64,000 nt of DNA from Octopus vulgaris (Eukaryota), in the NCBI GenBank assembly GCA_951406725.2, contig OX597825.1, positions 47,492,001 through 47,556,000 on the forward strand, written 5' to 3'. The position numbers were made by a program, and so were the translations under genes. Below are positions 1 to 13,099 of the stretch, one piece after another. Position 1 is the first letter of the stretch. Every line of letters starts with the position of its first letter. The notes beneath the pieces were generated by a model. The model had not been told where the DNA came from and searched no databases. It saw only the letters and a program-made list of their open reading frames with translations.

Positions 1-676
1 GAAATTTGATAATATATTATGTAATGATAGGAATGGGATTTGCCCACTCTATAGGAACAAGTCATGGAACACTATAGAAAGGACAAAAAAGAAAATAGGG
101 AAGGCCAACTCTTGGTATGATAGCCATAAATACCAGAGTGTCATGTTCCTTGACACCACCCCTGGAGGTGAACTGGCGTACCGCTTTAGAAGGACCCTAG
201 ATAAACTTAAACTAAGAATTAAGGTTGTTGAAAAGCCAGGCAACCCTATCAGATCTATAATTGGTAGAAGCTATCCTTTTAGTAGAACTCTCTGTACGGA
301 TAACTATTGCACTGTATGTAGATTTAGCCCACAAACAAACTGTAAAGCCAGAAATGTGGTCTATAGTATAAGATGTATAGAGGGACGATGCAGTAACAAG
401 ACAGTAACATACGTAGGGGAAACAGCAAGAAGCATTGGTGAGCGGGTGAATGAACATTGGAGACAACTCAAGGAAGGTAAAAGCTCATCGATTCTGTACC
501 AACACGCTGAACAAGAACACGGGGGATCAATCAATAACATAGAGATTAAGATATTGTCCACACATAGAACAGATGCAACAATTAGACAAATTACAGAAGC
601 TACACATATAATAGAAAATAAACCTAGCCTGAATAGAAAACTAGAATGGAGCAATAGCGCACACTACAACATATGA
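1..676 (+). mobile_element. Penelope-like retroelement, C-terminal part with GIY-YIG endonuclease
   Basis: ORF 143..676 has a Cys cluster (CTDNYCTVC...NCKARNVVYSIRC), YVGETARSIGERVNEH, RQITEA and a terminal LN motif, typical of the PLE GIY-YIG domain. The RT would lie upstream of the window. Confidence 0.85.
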
Positions 677-772
677 CGATAGTGGATCCTGCAAACATAA
701 TAAATACACAGATAATTAAAGAAATAGAAATTAATAACTATATATATGTATATGTGTATGTATATGTGTATA

Positions 773-858
<86 letters not shown>

Positions 859-1178
859 TTTTCAATTAGATTTATTATTATTATTATTACTAATATTGTT
901 GTTATACATACATACAAGCATATGTAATGATAATAATGGGTGGATGTAAACACATGAACAAAATTAGAACAAAAGCAACAACAACAAAAACAAAATACAA
1001 ATTACAAGAATGTATATAACCAGAAGATACAAATATTACAGGCATCCCCCCACACACACACTAAATAAACATAGACGCACATAGAGATATAAGCATGCGC
1101 AAATGAAGACATACAATAGAAATACAAAATGGCTGACGGTTAGTAAGGAGAGACACAAGTAAGTGAGAAGAAAACAAA

Positions 1179-1223
1179 GGACCACTGATGCGGTCACAGG
1201 AGTGTGACGAAAGAACTTTGGCC
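1179..1223 (+). ncRNA. Minimal type-I hammerhead ribozyme-like motif (degenerate core)
   Basis: GGACCA-CTGATGC-G-GTCACA(GGAG)TGTGAC-GAAA-GAAC-TT-TGGCC. It lies about 500 nt 3' of the PLE ORF. Position A9 is C. Confidence 0.5.
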
Positions 1224-1417
1224 GAAATAAGATTAAGATTAATGTAAAAAATAAATATCACTGAAGCAAAATAACACCAAATATATAGTGCGTGTGTTTT
1301 TATTGGCTAAACTGGCAATATGACCATTCCGAAATATAACAATATATATATATATATATATATATCATATTATATATCATGTGTGCGTGTACGTATGTAT
1401 TCCATCTGGAATTTCAG

Positions 1418-1565
1418 ATTATCGTGCTTATCATGGAACATGCATACTCGACGGTCTTATCTATATTATTGGTGGTTTTGATGGAATCGACTACTTCAAC
1501 AGTGTTCGCTGCTTTGACCCTGTCTTACAAATTTGGTCAGAGATAGCACCAATGTACTACAAGAG
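1418..1565 (+). CDS. KLHL10: Kelch-like protein 10-like, first exon within the window (gene is 5'-partial)
   Basis: tttcAG acceptor and GTAAG donor. Encodes (D)YRAYHGTCILDGLIYIIGGFDGIDYFNSVRCFDPVLQIWSEIAPMYYK(R), a kelch repeat with KLHL10-type RAYHG/YFNS motifs. Confidence 0.9.
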
Positions 1566-2539
1566 GTAAGCTTTATAATACAATTGATAAATACCATCAT
1601 GATACAATGAGTTCATATATTTCAAGTATCTTAAACATGTTACAAATATTTTCAAATAATAACTCTACAATTATTCTTATCCATAGAATTATAACAAATA
1701 TTACTAATATAGATTTATCGATGTAATTACTGCTTAAATATTACATCATCATGTGTTAGAATTATTCCCAACAATATCTACAGAGAAGCAGGGTTTCTCC
1801 AGTACTGGATATTACAAGATATTGCTTGAGACTTAAACTCCATTTTGTACATTGATAAACGGAACTTGAGCACCATTTGTTCAAAAGATATTTAAATGGC
1901 CAACTCTTGGAAGAAAATTTGCTTGCATATCAGCAAGAAAAGTTGTAGCTGAAGATTGCATTTGAATGAATTTTAACTGCATTTCACACATGCAATGCTA
2001 CAAAAGAGTTAATGGTCATACAGATCAGGAATCAAGTATTCGCCATGTTTTCTTTTTGAGACAGAGTAAAAGATATTTTCATGGTTAAAATTCTGAGATA
2101 TTATATACATTTCTTACATGAAAATACTGCTGTCCTTCTCTGAGCAGAAATACAATCAACTGCAATAATAACAATAATAAAAGTAAGGAGCACTAACTAT
2201 ATATATTATTATATACATACCAGCTTTTAACCGCTAATGTTGATAACCCCAACTTAAAATAAATAATAAAGTAGGAATCAACGAAATTTCAAAACACAAA
2301 AATATTAATAAGTTTACCGCTAAAAAAAGCCCCAAAAATCTACCACAAAACAAAGTACTAAATCACAGGAAGAAAAAAAACTCACTTTATCATTTATTCT
2401 TTTTACTGATTTATATCTAGATAATATCAAAATCTTAATAAAACCAAAATTCTAGATACTTTATTTTTTTTTAAATCCCTAGTTCCCCTAATATCAATTT
2501 TCAAAAACTTCAACCTCATAATCAGAAATATAATAAAAT

Positions 2540-3000
2540 AAATAACAAAGCTCAAGAGTGACCCATAATAGAGCATTGCTCTAACATCTGGGACTGTTCT
2601 GTTGTATACATAGAGACCCTCAGTGAAATGAACGCTAGTGATATTACGCACAGTGAAACCCGAGATGAAAACATTATTGCTCCCACATATGGAATAGTAC
2701 TGATACTACACACACTGACATCACAGACAGTATCAAATTCAGCAAATTAAAATGAAATTAATTACCAACACTCTTCTTTTTGCCTTTTCTACTGCTATCC
2801 GCTACTAGAGTGACTTTGTTTGTTTCATGACCCACTCTGTGTGCCTCCCTGGGCCCTATGTCTACGAATTCTTCCATTCCTTTACTTTCTGCGAAATCAA
2901 CGTTCTGGAATTATTCCTCTGTGTTTTCCTGTTGAAGATGACACACACATTGATTGCACTGGTCTTGGAAGACCAGCGAAATACCCTCCAGACCAAACTA
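2540..3000 (+). mobile_element. Decayed LINE 3' fragment (Jockey/CR1-like)
   Basis: NKAQE*PIIEHCSNIW resembles YKAQVRPxMEYCSxIW. A degenerate 'WNxLP..FP' C-terminal motif follows downstream. Confidence 0.4.
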
Positions 3001-3181
3001 ATAACTCCATCTCCAGATTCCAGAACTTATTTTACCGACTTAGGATAAAAGGAAAAAAGAAATTCAAATACGGTGAGGTTTCAAGCCAGAACAAATATAA
3101 ACTCAGAATTAAGTTTCTGATATTGTATATTAGCTGTGTATCAAATCCTCCATATCTCTGTATATGATCTCTATATATGAT

Positions 3182-3860
3182 ATCTATATATATAAAACTC
3201 AACTTGTGTGTCTGTGTGTGTATCTCTGTGTGTGTCTGTGTGTTTAACTTCCCGGCACATCTCCTCCTAGCCAACAAATCGTAGAACCACAAAAAATGGG
3301 TCACTTAAAGTTTAGGAGAATGAAAATTGAACTGCGCTATTTCTGTTCCGAAATTCATCTCGCAAGTGCAAAAATCGATAATGTGTTTGTTTAGGCCTTA
3401 TCCCATCCATTGAATAGTGAACTTTACTCAGTCAGCTGTTTGACGTGTACTGTGTTCACCACCCATGCAAGCATGCGAAAATTGCATGAAAAATAAAAAA
3501 TCAAGATATAAAAACGAATCGCCGTAAACATTGTAGAAATTCGGCAAAGAAATGAATTTTCGGGATGTAGCCTGAAGGTTTTTTTCGTATTAATCGTTTG
3601 GACTTTGTGAACACATACCAATTGTTTTCATAACATTTTTAACGCTTTGAATTAAATGTGACCATTTTGCGTTGAGTCTGCAGTTTGAATCACTTTAACC
3701 AAATTTTATCAGGCCGGATTTTTGATCATCACGATACATCGCCAGCGACTCCCTGAAACTCTCCCCTGAAATCCGCATTGAGTAATCTCTATATATAAAA
3801 CTCAACTTGTGTGTCTGTGTGTGTATCTGTGTGTGTGTCTGTGTGTTTAACTTTTGGATC
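3182..3860 (+). mobile_element. Helitron-like non-autonomous element(s) with duplicated 5' head
   Basis: A|TCTATATATATAAAACTCAACTTGTGTGTC head occurs at about 3182 and again at about 3785. No 3' CTAG end identified. Confidence 0.4.
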
Positions 3861-3903
3861 TACCAAGTTTCATTGTTAAGGATGGAAAGTAGTGTGTAGC
3901 AAA

Positions 3904-4288
3904 TCTATATATAAAGCTAAAGTTGTCTGTGTACGGCAGGTTTGGTAGCCTTCAACTAACACTATCTCCTTCGAGACCCTGCTGTGCAAGTTGACCAAAA
4001 TTGAGAGTATGATAGAAGAAGACTTGCTCTTCATTCTGTAGAAGATAAAATTCAAATCGGACAATGTTAACACCAAAAATTATTTACATCAAAAAGGTGC
4101 TTTTTTCTATGAAAATCCCTATTTTTTACGATTTTTGACAGCTGTGTCACCATTTTCGGTATATTTCAACTGAAAAAATGTTCACTTGAAGAGAATAACA
4201 AGTTGCATAATGCAAAAGTTTTACTTTTCAAAAATTCCAATTCTAAAGGGTCGAAACAAACCCAAGCAACACCGGGTGATACTGCTAG
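3904..4288 (+). mobile_element. Non-autonomous Helitron
   Basis: A|TC 5' end, subterminal CCC..AGCAACACCGGG hairpin and CTAG|T 3' end, i.e. canonical insertion at an AT dinucleotide. Confidence 0.75.
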
Positions 4289-5061
4289 TAACCAATACAC
4301 CGAAAGAGTGGTATCAATCAATCTAAGCTTTAGAAAGGTAGGAAGTAAAATGTAATTATAACAGTGTGGGACTGAATTGAGAGATACTGGAGAAACTTAT
4401 CTCGTACGTAAGAAACAAAGAAAAGAAATATAATCGTGTTAAAAAAATTATATAAATGAAACGTTTCATTTTGAAGATCTTAAAGTAGTCATACAATAAA
4501 TATATAAATATGTAAATAAATAAAACTTCATTTGAGTGACGGGCAATGAATAATGCAGAAATAATGTACAGCCACAACTCACAGACGCACTAAGTATACA
4601 CCCTCCTCCTCTTCCCGCCCTATTACAGTTATGAATTAACTGGTATCAATCTTCTAAAACTAACTTCAACCCAAAGCATCTCTCTTTTATTTGTCACTTC
4701 TGTTTACTTCTCACTTCAAATTTCTCGCCTCAGAAAAAATGAATTCTCTTTACTTGCCACTTATTTCACTCTCACTTCCACATCATGTTTTCGCTGAGGT
4801 CGATTGCAAAAGGCATGTGTACTGTACTTTCCCAATTTCTAAGTGATTTAATAACCAGCTAATCACTAAAAGATCGATGATCGACTGACGACAAAGTACG
4901 AATCACATGTCCTTCCTTGCTATACGAGTGCGTGAACACTCACCATACAGTATTTAGCTCCTTTTTCCTTTCAAATTTGATAGTGTGTCTGTTCATGTTT
5001 ATCCTTGATACTTATCAACATTATACGAACTGATATAACTAATGAAACTTTTTCTTTGTAG

Positions 5062-5231
5062 ATGTTATGTCAGTGTTGCTGTACTTGGTCGACATATTTA
5101 CGCAATGGGTGGTTCCGACGGGAACTTACGTCAAAAGAGTGTGGAACGCTACAATAAGTTTAAAAACCAATGGAGTCTTATAGAACCAATGAATCGACAT
5201 CGAAGTGATGCCAGCGCTGCAACATTAAAAG
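5062..5231 (+). CDS. KLHL10: KLHL10-like exon 2 in window
   Basis: tttgtAG / GTAAG. The phase-2 junction restores Arg. Encodes CYVSVAVLGRHIYAMGGSDGNLRQKSVERYNKFKNQWSLIEPMNRHRSDASAATLK. Confidence 0.93.
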
Positions 5232-5635
5232 GTAAGCGGGAAAATTTACAACGAAAGTGAATTTATCGTTCAGTTTACAGAAATGTGTGATTAACGAGAT
5301 GTTATTGAAAATGAATACTAATTGATGTATGCGTCGAATTGAAGCTTGGGAATCAATAACAGAGCAGTGTCAGATTTGGCTGGTTTCTATATAAAATACA
5401 ACATACTCAATGGATAGAACTAATAAAATAGTATATAGTCACCAAAAGACTGATGTCAATGAAAGTATTCCTTTTGAGTACGAAAATTTGACTTTGCCTC
5501 AATTTTATGAAATAAAGTTGCAATACATTAATTTAATGTATGAATTCGTCCATTTTAAAATCATTTAACATTTATGAGTCTGTCCTATTCGTTCTTCTCC
5601 ATTCAAAAATCACTTAATAATAAAAATGTTACACA

Positions 5636-6839
5636 CAAAAGGCACATGAGAGATATTTGAGGACATATTTGTTAATTTGATAAAAGAACTCAAATTTAAC
5701 AAAAGCCAAATGTATTTTAATAAAAAATTATGCACTTCCTCTATAAACTTTTTTGGTAAAATTATTGTTTGGATTCATCTTCAGCTTCGATAACTACTTC
5801 AATGTGAATCATTGATGAGCCTGAACTTAATACCTCTTATTCATTTCAGGCATTGCCTGGACAATGGCGGTCTTCACTGAAGCTGCTGTATCGTGAGGTA
5901 TTAGTCTCCAATTCTACAACTCTTCAGACGTAGTAGTCCATGGAATTTAAAACTGGTACGTTTGGAGCCCACAGGTTTGGTGTCGAGATTGCCTGGCACC
6001 CATTTTTAAAATTACGGGCTTTGTGAGAAGGTACTGAGTCTTCATGAAACACAAATGACCTTCTAAACGTACTTCAGCCATCCACAGCTAAACAACTGTC
6101 TCCAGCATCTTGTCATTGCCACTAGTATTATTTCTAAACAATACTGTGGAAAAATCAAAGCTAGCATGATGATATAACAGGACCTTCATTACTCACCATT
6201 CCTATAACCATTATAGTTACTGGAAATTTCGTGCGCATTCACTTGAAGACATCAGAAGGACATGCACGTAACCATCTGATAGACTTTGGGTCTTGGTCGA
6301 AGTTTTTCTTATTAGAGAATCAAAGCATTTCATAATCATTGGATTTTTTACTTCATAAAGTAACCCTTTGGCACGGATCAAACGATTTTTCTTTGATATG
6401 AACTTGTAGACATGAACTGGCCTCTCCTCAATACATACCACTTGTATCGAATGTCCTCATGCACCCATAGTTCACTTCAACGCCTGAAGTTATTTGGCAA
6501 TGGCCCTCATTAATTTTCAGGAAACATGATTGAAAATGTTTTGAATCCTTTGATTGAATTGCGGGGTCTTTATAATGCCCGAATGTTTAGAATATTTTTC
6601 GCTCTTTGATACAGTTCTAATATTCTCGCCAGAGACTTCCAGTTCCATTCGAACTTGCGTAAAAAGGATCGTGCCGCATTTAGTAAGTTGGTATTTTCTA
6701 AATCATTGTATTCCTTACATATGGCGACAATGACTGCATGTCTTTTCATTTTATTTGCCATGAAACATAAAACGTTTTGATGAAATTCAAAGACAGTTAT
6801 TTACTAGTAAATGTCCTCAAATACTCCCCGTGCCCTGTA
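5636..6839 (-). mobile_element. Decayed Tc1/mariner DNA transposon (maT/DD37D-like)
   Basis: Imperfect TIRs (GGCAC..TATTTGAGGACAT near 5640, reverse complement near 6810-6839, ending in TA). Fragmented transposase MKRHAVIVAI... on the - strand, related to 11045-11912 and 19900-20780. Confidence 0.65.
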
Positions 6840-8660
6840 TATTGTCTTCTAGTCTTTCTCAAGATATTTTAACATCAATGCCTGTGGCAAGACGTCAGAT
6901 TCCAAGTAGTCGCTCTACAAATGTTATCATAAATTCATTTAGCATCAGTTTGTTTATAGATCTGATGTTCTTGTTTGTTGAGGCTTAAGAGCTTGTATCA
7001 ATTTTTCCTTTTGGTTGTTCGAGATTATTTTATTCTCTCTCACATTTTCATCTCTTTATAAAGTCTTCTTCTAGGTGCGTCCTAGAGAAGTGCAGATTTT
7101 GTTTTCGAAATGTGTTTCATAAGAAGAAAATTTTTGGTTATTAGAAATGAAAAAGTATATTCTTCCTATCTGTCTATTTGTCTATCTGTCTCTTTCTCTC
7201 TATATATACTACTCTCTCTCTCTCTCTCTCGCTCACTCACTCTGTAGATGTATATTTCTCATACACAAAGCTCCTCTCTCTTTCTCTCTCTATTGATATG
7301 ACATGTAATGCAAGGTAGTCATGCTTTTGTCGATGTACCTACCTATATGTCTGTTTCTCTCTCTTTCTTTCTCTGTTTTTTACGCTTTTCACATTAAACT
7401 CTCCCCTCTGTATATATTTACCGCACTCTCTCTCACTTTTTCTCTGTATATATATGTCTCTCCTACTGAGTGAGTATATTTGTATATATATTTGTGTGTG
7501 TGTGTGTGTGTGTGTTTGTGTGTGTGAGTATGTGTGTGTATCAGTAATTTCATAAGAGTGACTGAGTAGAATGACCCTCACAATGCATCAGCAACGAGCT
7601 CAAGCAACACCTGAACAAAGAATGAGCATACTTGATATGCGAGCACGAGTCTCCGTCGCACGGTCTCAAGAGACAGCCAAGCAGAGGATGCATTGATTAG
7701 ATGATAAGCGTAGACTCAGGAGACGATGTCCCATTTCAATTTAAACGACTTCAAGTGTGGCTTAATCGTCAGCGCAAATATTTTCGGTTTTATGCATATA
7801 TATTATCTGTGGTAAACAATATATGCATGTGTGCGCGTGCGTGTGTTTGTGTGTGTACTTCATCGGTGAGGCCGTAATAAGGTAAATACAGCAGATGAGT
7901 GACTTTAAGAGAATCTGTTGCATTGGAAACAGAAAATGAATTACTCAATGTGTTATTGACTAGATAATCGATTAATCACACACGGGCGCGTACACACACA
8001 AATATACACGTGAGTACGCACGTACATACATCCACACACACACATGTACATACACACACACACAGATTTTTAAGAGTGGAAAGATTTTCTCTGGATAAAA
8101 TTGTAGGGATGGAAATATGATGATGAATTCTTCAAAATAACGCATAAACTACCGTTTAAGTGTGTAAGAAAGTCATTACTGCTGATGAAATCTAGCTTAG
8201 GTGCTGGGTAGTGCTGCATTCTACATTTATTTTCACCATATCTATAATCCTTCACAAAGGGTTTGAAAAAGTTTGATCTTAAAAGTTTTAAACTTTTTTC
8301 AATTAATTGTAAATGAGACATAGTTCACGATGTTTAGATGAAACAAAAGTAAAGAAAAGTTAGGTGACTGAAAACGTAACTGGGGCATGCATTTTTCTTT
8401 TAGCACAGTCATATGATATCTGCCAGTTTGTCGATTGAGAATAACTTTTCTAAGAATATAAAAGTTGTTCGCCTACATACTATCCAGTGTATCCTACTAA
8501 CAAATTTATAGATAATTCATAATAGTCAGAAGTCTTTCCAGCAGTTTCCAGAGCAAATAGGTCTCAGTCGTCAAAATGCACACATCCCGAGCCTGTGCTG
8601 TTTAATCATTTATATGTCTGCCGACAGAAAATTACTTATTTTATTCTATTTTTGCTTTAG

Positions 8661-8932
8661 ACAATATCTACATATGTGGTGGATTTGATGGTCAAGAAAT
8701 TCTTCGATCAGCTGAATATTACAATCCTAACTTAAACCAATGGACTATGGTGGCGCCAATGGAAAGTATTCGAAGTGGTTTCTGTGTCGTTGCTTATCGA
8801 GATTCCATATATGCGCTGGGTGGCTTTGATGGTAACAATCGAATGTCGACTGTGGAGCGTTACATTCCTTCCAATGATGTTTGGCGACCTGCACCAAGTT
8901 TGGGTGTTGCGAGGAGCAATTTTGCAGCAGAG
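8661..8932 (+). CDS. KLHL10: KLHL10-like exon 3 in window
   Basis: ctttAG / GTAAG. Encodes (D)NIYICGGFDGQEILRSAEYYNPNLNQWTMVAPMESIRSG...YALGGFDGNNRMSTVERY...RSNFAAE (two kelch blades), in frame with its neighbours. Confidence 0.95.
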
Positions 8933-8994
8933 GTAAGTTTACGCAAATATAGTTATACACACGACCCAAATAAATCAACAACGATAATAACAAT

Positions 8995-9140
8995 GGTTTC
9001 AAATTTTGGCATAAGGCCAGCAATTTCGGAGCTGGGGCTAACCCAATTACATCGACACTAATGCTCAACTGGTAATTATTTTCGAGACCTCGAAATACCG
9101 TTAAGCATTTCACCCGGCATGCTAACAATTCTGCCATCTT
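8995..9140 (-). mobile_element. SINE fragment (family also at 23210-23405, 56100-56380, 57110-57200)
   Basis: Shared GGCA(C/T)AAGGCCAG...ATTACAT(C/G)GAC...CTCAACTGGTA segments. Other copies carry a GTTCAAA(T/A)(T/C)C B-box-like motif. Confidence 0.6.
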
Positions 9141-9189
9141 GTTACAACAACAACAACAACAACGACGACGACAACAGCAGCAGCAATGA

Positions 9190-9790
9190 TAACGTTTCCT
9201 TTATTGAGGGTTCATAACAAAAAAAGCAGTGGGGACGGTGCAAGACAATACGATATGGTGTTACATAAAATGGAGAGTTTAAACAGTGAAAACGACATGT
9301 TTTCACAATGAAAAATTCCCCAAAAGAGGGAGACTTCCTAAAGCTGCTCGTGGAAACCCCACAAAACAAAGGAGGTCCTGGTTGCGGGGAGATGTGCCCT
9401 CTCTTTATCGTCTATAGGTGCTTGCTTTCCGTTGCTTAGAGTAAGCCCGTTTACCCGGATTATTCTTGCCACATTCACCCACCTTTCAACAAAATGGCTG
9501 GGTGGCAGTACGGCCCCCTCGACCCTCGCCTTCCTTTTCAAGTTAAGCTTGAAAACGTTTATGAGGCCCTTGCCAAAGAGGTAAGTGTTTGTCTTCAGCC
9601 CTTTCCATCTGCTCCACCACAAGACCTCTGTCGCTAAGGCTGTCAGCCAAACGAAGGTGCTGGGGCAATCTTCACAATGGACTCAGCCGATAGCCTAATC
9701 TATCCAATACTTGACAGGAGGTGTTCGACATAAACCCACAGGTCAGCGATGCTCGGGAACAGTTTCGTCGCTCTCTTTCTCATTGCCCTT
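9190..9790 (-). mobile_element. Tx1/L1-clade LINE 3' end
   Basis: WWSRWKGLK...LKRKARVE...FVERWVNVAR, homologous to 37140-37720 and 57230-58320. AATAAA near 9200 on the - strand. Confidence 0.7.
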
Positions 9791-10199
9791 AACCAACGGA
9801 AATGTGAGAAAAACAGTTTGCTTCTCCAATACTGTAATCACGTCACAATAACCATTGGGACTCATACACAAATGTTAATAGAAATATAATACAAGTTCTA
9901 TAAGAAATGTGAGATTCAAGCGTGTGTAGAAGAGCTATTGATCTAAGTTGCCAATGTCATGCAAATTAGAGAAATCAATTGGTTTGTTTTCTTCTAGAAG
10001 ATACGAGACTTATATGTAGCCATTAGCTGTTTCCCGACTAGGAATGTGTGAGTGGTCTCCGATAAGAATATAAAAGAATGAAATTAAACAGGTCCATTTT
10101 TTAACTAGAGAGATATAAATCTATTTTAACTCCGGTGTCTACCTTTTCAGAGCAAGGCTGTGTGCTTAATATAGACATATAGATATTCACTTTATCTAA

Positions 10200-10222
10200 C
10201 GTTTCTTAGAGACATACATACG

Positions 10223-10254
<32 letters not shown>

Positions 10255-10382
10255 TGTATGTATGTATGTATGTATGTATGTATGTATGTATGTGTGTATG
10301 TATGTATGTGTGTGTATGCATGCATGCATGCATGTATGTATGTATGTAGGTATGTATGTATGTATGTATGTATGTATGTATG

Positions 10383-10440
<58 letters not shown>
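10200..10440. repeat. (ATGT)n/(TA)n microsatellite; similar tracts occur throughout the window
   Basis: Seen directly in the sequence. Confidence 0.95.
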
Positions 10441-10443
<3 letters not shown>

Positions 10444-10649
10444 CTGAAGTTATATGTGTGTGTGTGTGTGTGGCAGGTTTGGTAGCCTTCAACATTTGCA
10501 GCACATTCAGTGCACACTCGAGCATCGCCACACTATACTTTTATTCATAGATTGAAACTATGTCAAAACTTTGTTAACGCGACATCAGAGTCTGCCGTTT
10601 TAAGCGCAACTAAAAAACAAACCCGAGCAACGCCGGGCTATACTGCTAG
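10430..10649 (+). mobile_element. Non-autonomous Helitron, same family as 3904-4288
   Basis: TATAAAGCTGAAGTT...GGCAGGTTTGGTAGCCTTCAAC head. ACCCGAGCAACGCCGGG hairpin followed by CTAG|T end. Confidence 0.7.
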
Positions 10650-10661
10650 TATATATATAGA

Positions 10662-10692
<31 letters not shown>

Positions 10693-10729
10693 GTATGTAT
10701 ATATATATATGTATGTATATATATATATA

Positions 10730-10875
10730 TTACGGAGATGTACTCGCATAGCAAGTAATTTGATCTGAGATCGTGTGCTGAAACGAAAACAATTGCAGCG
10801 TGGAAGGTGTTTATAAGCCATTTAAGAAACACACAAAAGCCGTTCGATTCACTCCAACATTTAAGTTTAATTTGT

Positions 10876-10880
<5 letters not shown>
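10730..10880 (-). repeat. Short dispersed repeat (retrozyme/pLTR-like family), copy 1
   Basis: Reverse complement of 13165-13258 and 51220-51350. Flanked by (TA)n. Confidence 0.8.
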
Positions 10881-10970
<90 letters not shown>

Positions 10971-10999
10971 CTATATTTTTATGTGTGTGTGTGTGTTTG

Positions 11000-11040
<41 letters not shown>

Positions 11041-11044
11041 TATA

Positions 11045-11912
11045 TACAGGATGCACTTAATATATTGTCGTCTAAATTACGCAAAAATAAAAAATAACAT
11101 TGACCTGTCATTTTAACAGATATATTTACCAAAATTGCTTAAAATACGAAGCAGTAAATTCATTCAATAAAATCGTCATTCGCTGCAACAACAGTTTCCA
11201 ACCGACTTCGGGATCCCCTCCAACTATTCAGGACTGTCTCCTTGTTTAAACTGGTGAATGCTGCCATAATCCTTGCCTTCAGTTCATTTTTGGTGTTACG
11301 AAGAATTTTGTTAGTCTCTCCTCAACTGCGCCCCACACATTATAATCGAGGGGGTTGCAATCTGGGGAGTTAGGTGGCCAGATATAAGGGGTTATGTAGT
11401 TGTAGAAAGTGTCTGACAGCCATGACTGGGTTATCCTGCTTGTGTTGCATGGTGCAGAGTCCTTTTCTCCGACATAGGGTCTTCCAGCATCCTCCTTCTT
11501 GACCCAGGGCAGCACTACTTCCTGCTTGATGTAGGTCTCCGTGTTGACTCTAAAGCTGTGTGGGAAGTTGAATGGAGTCATAACGTCGCCATCAGTAGTG
11601 ATCACCCCAAACACCAAGATAATGTTGACTGGGTGTTTATGTTTTATCACTCTCAGTACATGTTTTAGGGACACAGCAAGTAAACGGTTGTTCTGTGTGT
11701 TCACCATCTGTTCGTATTATATTTTCTGGCATGAAACAGCGTGTTGTTGCCACATTTCTGTTCAAGTGAATTGTGTCACGGTGCAGTTTATCTCACAGAC
11801 GGTGCCTAACTGACCAAACTGTTCTCTGTAGTTAACAAAATTAAAAACAAACAATGTGCGTGCACGAAATTAAAGATATAAAATAGCGACAGTTTACCCA
11901 TCACACCCTGTA
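11045..11912 (-). mobile_element. Tc1/mariner (maT-like) transposon, internally deleted
   Basis: ORF 11279..11707 with KDSAPCN and WPPNSPDCNPLDYNVWGAVE. TACAGG-type imperfect TIRs inside TA repeats. Confidence 0.8.
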
Positions 11913-12207
11913 TATATAGCCGGAAGTGGCTCTGACGAAAGTAACATTAATTTTTTAGGTCATTCAACGTTTCTCAACTGATCTATTGATCAGTTGAGAA
12001 ACCTATCAGTAATGAACCTATGATGACTAATGGATGTAATGATCATTATTTATACCTTATCTTGTATATCACTCTGTGTACAAACCAAACCAATCTAACT
12101 GGAACACAACCAAGGATTTACTATATAGAATGGCGATGCACTATAACCTCGGGTCCTACAAAAAGAATACTTGGAATTATTTTCTAAGCTAAACAATAGT
12201 GTTAGCC

Positions 12208-12304
<97 letters not shown>

Positions 12305-12640
12305 TTATAAGATATCAAATATTATAAGATATCAGATAAGTTTGAAAACGGAGAGATCTAATGGATAAAGATTAATTAATTAATTAATTATCTTCACCTA
12401 CAATTTTTCTCAGCCAAAATGAAAACTACAAAACATATATAAAAATATAATCTTGCATTTTAAGATGCCTGGTGAAAACTCATCAGGGTGTACAAAAGGA
12501 CAATACAAAGATTGCATTAGGATCCGTTGTAATATTCCAATATACTCAGAATATATCATCATATTTATGAGTGTATGTCTACGTCTGTACGTACGCATGC
12601 GTTAAAATCATTAATTTTATTTCTTATTCAATAGTATTTA

Positions 12641-12712
<72 letters not shown>

Positions 12713-13099
12713 ATAATGAGTATATAAGAGTAAAATTACATAATGAATAAAATAAGAATATGAAATAAAATTTATGCACATCTTTGTATATGTATGTGCG
12801 TATGTCTATGCGTATATGCATGTATATGTATATATATATATATATATATATACTCGCAACGAGTATGGATGTCAATAACCATGTATATACGTATATATAT
12901 TTCTTTCTAAGTCACTTGTTAAGGTATATAAATTATAGTATATAAGTGCAAAAATGAAATAAAAATAAAAGTAATAAAAAAATGAAAATAATGAATAAAA
13001 ATGAAAAATAACGAATAAAAATTTAAAGAAATAATAAAATAAAATAAAAATAAAATAAATAAAACAGAATAAATTGTACGAAAGCGGAATGAATTGCAA

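Noticed and set aside
673-953. Numerous YIYIYI / VCVC / poly-I, -L and -N ORFs here and elsewhere
   Set aside because: They are translations of (TA)n, (TG)n, (ATGT)n and (AAT)n microsatellites, with no coding evidence.
7575-7740. Possible Helitron RepHel N-terminal (ETPEQR-like) remnant
   Set aside because: Too short and degenerate to support.
8745-9137. 130-aa ORF on the - strand
   Set aside because: It is the antisense shadow of a kelch exon plus a SINE fragment.
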